Source: an uncultured archaeon (GTDB taxonomy: Archaea; Thermoplasmatota; Thermoplasmata; Thermoplasmatales; Thermoplasmataceae). Taken from it: a stretch of 64,000 nt of DNA. Under the pieces are notes generated by a model that saw only the letters and a list, made by a program, of their open reading frames with translations, was not told the DNA's origin and searched no databases. Position 1 is the first letter of the stretch, and each line of letters opens with the position of its first letter. The DNA lies in assembly GCA_000965745.1 (NCBI GenBank), contig CP009479.1, positions 1,888,001 to 1,952,000 of the forward strand, in the 5' to 3' direction. Of the stretch, positions 60,263 through 64,000 are shown piece by piece. The translations under genes and the position numbers were made by a program.

Positions 60263-61208
60263 GATCAGGAACCTGGTCAGGCACTATTCGGGAAATTTCA
60301 AGCTGTACAACATCAGTCTCGAACTTGAGAGGGGGGAAACTCTGACGTTAATGGGCCCTAGCGGATCGGGGAAAACATCACTGCTTAGAAATGTTTGTGG
60401 GCTCGACATCCCTGACTCCGGCAGAATCACTGTTGGTGGAAGGGACATAACGTACCTGCCCACGACAAAAAGGAACATCGGCCTGATTTTTCAGGACCTG
60501 GCCATCTTTCCACACATGAAGGTCTATGACAACATTGCCTATGGATTGCGTGCAAAGAACGTTCATGAAAGAGATATTGAAGATAGGGTTGAAGAATTGT
60601 CAGGCATGCTTGGTATCAAGAGCCTCCTTGAAAGATTTCCCGGCCAGATTTCAGGGGGTCAGAGGCAAAGGGTAGCACTGGCAAGGTCTGTAGCACCTTC
60701 ACCTTCCGTGCTTCTTCTCGATGAGCCCATGAGCTCCCTCGACATGCAGCTTAGAAGCAGTGTCAGGAGCGAGATAAAGTCGTTTGCAAAGAAGATGGAG
60801 CTTACGATGATTTACGTCACCCATGACCACAACGAAGGGCTCTACATGGCTGACAAGACAGGAATAATGTACGACGGTTCCATAGAAAGGATAGCCCCGC
60901 CGCAGGATCTGTTTACACACCCCGGAACTGAGAGGACTGCCAAGTTCTTCGGATATAATGTTGTGACCGCCGATGGCAGGAAAGTCGCTTTCTACCCTTC
61001 CGATTTCAAGGTCGCTGCCGAGGGCCCTGAAATGTCTGGAAAGATCGTGTCAATCGGTTTCGAAGGTGAGCACGACAGGGCTCACGTAATGATGGATAGC
61101 GGTGATCTCGTTCAACTGGAGTTTCCACCCGGAAAATACATAGGAAAGCTCGCTCCCGGAGACCGTATAGGCATCACCATTACCCGAACAGAAGACCTGA
61201 CCGGTTGA
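60237..61208 (+). CDS. thiQ: Thiamine ABC transporter ATP-binding protein
   Basis: GPSGSGKT, ISGGQRQR, LLLDEP and VTHD motifs; operon context. Confidence 0.82.
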   Translation: MRDLLAFVEIRNLVRHYSGNFKLYNISLELERGETLTLMGPSGSGKTSLLRNVCGLDIPDSGRITVGGRDITYLPTTKRNIGLIFQDLAIFPHMKVYDNIAYGLRAKNVHERDIEDRVEELSGMLGIKSLLERFPGQISGGQRQRVALARSVAPSPSVLLLDEPMSSLDMQLRSSVRSEIKSFAKKMELTMIYVTHDHNEGLYMADKTGIMYDGSIERIAPPQDLFTHPGTERTAKFFGYNVVTADGRKVAFYPSDFKVAAEGPEMSGKIVSIGFEGEHDRAHVMMDSGDLVQLEFPPGKYIGKLAPGDRIGITITRTEDLTG

Positions 61209-61276
61209 AGGCTGGAGCATCAAGCCACTGATTCGACTCCCTGTCTGCCATATAAAACTTTTAACTGTTTGCCAGA

Positions 61277-62299
61277 TTGGAGGCGGAATGGGGGAGAATA
61301 ATGCGCGTTAAACAAGGCGGCATAATTGCAAGAAATGCAATGAACCTCGCGATACTCACTTCATTCCTGACATGGATATTACTGCCCTTCTCCAGGGATT
61401 TGGCCCTTGCTGCAACCTCCTTCGTGCTATTCACCCTGCTTCTTTTTGGCAGAAGCTTCAGGCTGTTTAACTTCAGGGTGATTAACGGCCATTTCAGAGG
61501 GGACTTTCGGGAATACATCAGAAAGAAGAGACTTGTCCCCCAGAACATTTTGCTTGGACTCTTGGCTGGCTTTTTCAGGACCCTTCTGGATGGAATTGCC
61601 TATCTTGCTGGCACAGTCGGCGGATTGGTGCTTGTTCTCGCCCTTGACCTGATTCTGGCAGCCCTTATTGTCTTAGCGTTCTTCTACAGGCCGGGAGTGA
61701 ATAGAACACTATCCCGGTCCTTTCCCGCCGACAGTGAAAGCAGCAGCTATGTGCATGAGCTTGCAGAAAACTGTGGAATGAAGGCGCCTGAACTCAGGAT
61801 CATACCTGATTCAAGGGTAAGAATGCCAAACGCATTTTCCTGGAGCATTCCTGGTGGAAAGAGCTACATCTTTGCCAGCGAGAACCTGTTCCTTGTTCTT
61901 ACAAGGGATGAGATAGGCGGAATTTTCACCCACGAACTTGGGCACATAAAGGGAAGGCACTCCGAGAAATCATTCCTTCTCACCTCTTTTGTTCCGTTGG
62001 CCTGGATCAATAGTGCAGTTCTCCCTTTTGCTCTTCTTCCTTTCCTTGTCGCCATTGGCGTTTCTGTTGCTTCCATTGTCTCCGCACTGTTGTATGTGGC
62101 TTTCCGAAGAGGTTCCATTTCCAGGAGGTTCGAAAAGCTTGCGGACATCTTCGCGGCCAGGAACTATGACAGGGATGCCTACCTGTCTTCATTAAGAAAG
62201 CTTACTGAAATAAGAGGGTCTGGTGGGCCTCACACAGCGAGGAGTTTTGCCTCCCACGATACCCTCGAAGAGAGGGAGAAACTGATCAGAAGCATCTGA
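61277..62299 (+). CDS. M48 (HtpX-like) membrane zinc metalloprotease
   Basis: PNAF, HELGH (HExxH), E..AD and SH..LEER motifs. Confidence 0.82.
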   Translation: MEAEWGRIMRVKQGGIIARNAMNLAILTSFLTWILLPFSRDLALAATSFVLFTLLLFGRSFRLFNFRVINGHFRGDFREYIRKKRLVPQNILLGLLAGFFRTLLDGIAYLAGTVGGLVLVLALDLILAALIVLAFFYRPGVNRTLSRSFPADSESSSYVHELAENCGMKAPELRIIPDSRVRMPNAFSWSIPGGKSYIFASENLFLVLTRDEIGGIFTHELGHIKGRHSEKSFLLTSFVPLAWINSAVLPFALLPFLVAIGVSVASIVSALLYVAFRRGSISRRFEKLADIFAARNYDRDAYLSSLRKLTEIRGSGGPHTARSFASHDTLEEREKLIRSI

Positions 62300-62640
62300 A
62301 TCCATATTCTAATCTTATACTTGCCGTAGGAAGGAATCGGGAATGTGGATTGAAAAACATTGTTGCAGTTCCAATTTTATTTGGCAAGTCTTTTCCGAAT
62401 TCGTAAGAGAGCGCTCCATGAAAGTTGCGCCGATAAATGGTGCGCAGGGGGTCGCAACTCCTTTCATAAATGGAGCGGCCCATGTGTAAGCTATCGGGGA
62501 AAACAGGCAGATGCAGGATTAACCGGAATAAAAGAGAAATAGATTTTCATATAGCAACGGGGCTTGAAACTCTGATTGAAAAAAATTGGTCAGCGGAAGA
62601 CAGGTTGGAACCCGAACTTCCGGTCAGAGCCATGCAGGGC

Positions 62641-63780
62641 CTACCTTACAAAGGGCTCCGGCATGGATTTGATAACATTATAGACTTCAAGCCTCATCAC
62701 TTCAGGAGGAGGAAGCTGTTCGGAACTTATGATCTCCCTCAGCTTTGTCCCGCTGAACCTCTCCTGGTATGAAGAGGGATGTGCACACTCCCTGTCTGTT
62801 ACAAGCTGCTCGCATTTTCTGCAGTAGAACGTCTCCTCGAAAGGCACTATGCTTATACCGAGGTCATTGAAATTTCTGAGATTTTCCTGCGCCTCATAGG
62901 GTCCGTAAAAAGATCCCACGCCGGCATGGTCCCTGCCAACTATGAAGTGGCTGCATCCAAAGTTCTTCCTCATTATTGCATGCATAACAGCTTCCCTCGG
63001 GCCTGCATACATCATCTCATAATGCAGTGGAGTTAGCAGTACCTTGTTGGGTGGGTAATACGATTCTACAAGGGCCGAATACGCCTTCATTATGGCCTCG
63101 TCCGTATAGTCGCCTTTCTTCTTTCTCCCGATTACGGGATTGATGAACAGGCCGTCCGTTGACCTGAGTGAGAGCCGCTGAATCTGTTCATGACCCCTGT
63201 GTGGCACATTTCTTGTCTGGAATGCCGATACAGTTGTCCACCCTCTTTCCGAAAATATCTTCCTGGTTTCCTTGGGAAATAATGTATCGGAAATAAACGG
63301 CACCGCAACGTTTCCGGCAGCCGTTATTTTTCCTGCCACAGCGACATTTCCTGCCTCCTGCACTTTTGCGACGCCGGGATGGTCTGCTGAATTTGTTCCA
63401 AAAACGCTCTCTGAATGCTTCTTCTTGTCGTACCTGTAGAGCTGGGATACTTCGATTTCAGCGATAGGATTCCCGCCGTATGAAAGGACTGCCGTATCTC
63501 CCTCCCTGACCTTCCCGGACGAATCCTCGCCGATGCCCATCATTATGGGAATACTCCATGGAGTTCCGTTTTCAAGCCTCTGTTCATTGAGAATGCTATG
63601 ATAATCGTTCTCTTCAACAAAGCCTGTTATGGGACTCAGGATCCCGTTCTTGATATCCATCACGGTTACTGCGGTTTCATAGCTTACTTCTATGAAGCCT
63701 TTATAATCGGAGCGGTCCAGGCTGTCCGGAGACATGTCCCTTATTTCAACGAGTTTTCCTCCGTGTGGCATTGGAAGCAT
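62641..63780 (-). CDS. sat: Sulfate adenylyltransferase
   Basis: PHGGKL, AFQTRNVPHRGHE, YAGPREA..HA..RKNFGCSHFIVGRDHAG and SGTKLR motifs. Confidence 0.95.
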   Translation of the reverse strand: MLPMPHGGKLVEIRDMSPDSLDRSDYKGFIEVSYETAVTVMDIKNGILSPITGFVEENDYHSILNEQRLENGTPWSIPIMMGIGEDSSGKVREGDTAVLSYGGNPIAEIEVSQLYRYDKKKHSESVFGTNSADHPGVAKVQEAGNVAVAGKITAAGNVAVPFISDTLFPKETRKIFSERGWTTVSAFQTRNVPHRGHEQIQRLSLRSTDGLFINPVIGRKKKGDYTDEAIMKAYSALVESYYPPNKVLLTPLHYEMMYAGPREAVMHAIMRKNFGCSHFIVGRDHAGVGSFYGPYEAQENLRNFNDLGISIVPFEETFYCRKCEQLVTDRECAHPSSYQERFSGTKLREIISSEQLPPPEVMRLEVYNVIKSMPEPFVR

Positions 63781-64000
63781 CAGTTTCCACCCCCGTTGCT
63801 TCCGCTTTCATGATTATTGGCCCTGAATTCGGGAGCAGCGCCCCATGAGGAGCTGTCCTTGACGTGCAGCCCGCATTCCTTGACGTCTGTCTCCCACCAC
63901 CATCTCCCGGCGCGTTCGCCTTCCCCTGGCTTGACTGCCCTGGTGCATGGGGCACACCCGATGCTTGGGTATCCTTGATCATGGAGGCTGTTGTACGGGA
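63780..64000 (-). CDS. cysH: APS/PAPS reductase, C-terminal part (5' end outside window)
   Basis: Manual translation [45 protein letters not shown]. Its stop overlaps the sat ATG (TGATG). Confidence 0.9.
   Translation of the reverse strand, partial: PYNSLHDQGYPSIGCAPCTRAVKPGEGERAGRWWWETDVKECGLHVKDSSSWGAAPEFRANNHESGSNGGGN

Noticed and set aside
62286-62772. Short ORFs between the M48 protease and sat
   Set aside because: No motifs, and some overlap neighbouring genes; likely non-coding.
1-64000. CRISPR array, rRNA, prophage, defence system
   Set aside because: No regularly spaced repeats or hallmark genes were seen on reading.

Overview
This is a 64 kb, gene-dense chromosomal segment of an archaeon, most likely of the order Thermoplasmatales. 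The evidence is the archaeal ribosomal and RNA polymerase genes (rpoE'/spt4/rps24e/rps27ae, rps3ae, rpl7ae/rps28e/rpl24e/ndk/aIF5B, NMD3), an intron-containing tRNA-Met, and a TPP riboswitch, which among archaea is characteristic of this order. Most of the window is housekeeping and amino-acid or peptide catabolism. Accessory content includes an egtB-egtD ergothioneine operon and two tandem xanthine-dehydrogenase-family (CoxMSL-like) operons flanking an XdhC/MocA maturation pair. It also holds an intact IS3-family element with a 5-bp target duplication, and a cryptic internally deleted IS607-like relic (TnpA N-terminus joined to a TnpB C-terminus plus stem-loops) that the ORF track misses. A TPP-riboswitch-led thiBPQ transporter and cysH-sat lie near the right end. 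Other hidden items are an ArsN1-like GNAT with no ATG/GTG/TTG start in frame behind another GNAT, a G6 frameshifted gene, a 40-aa membrane microprotein and two structured intergenic regions. No CRISPR array, rRNA or prophage was seen. All product calls come from motif recognition by eye; no database searches were run.
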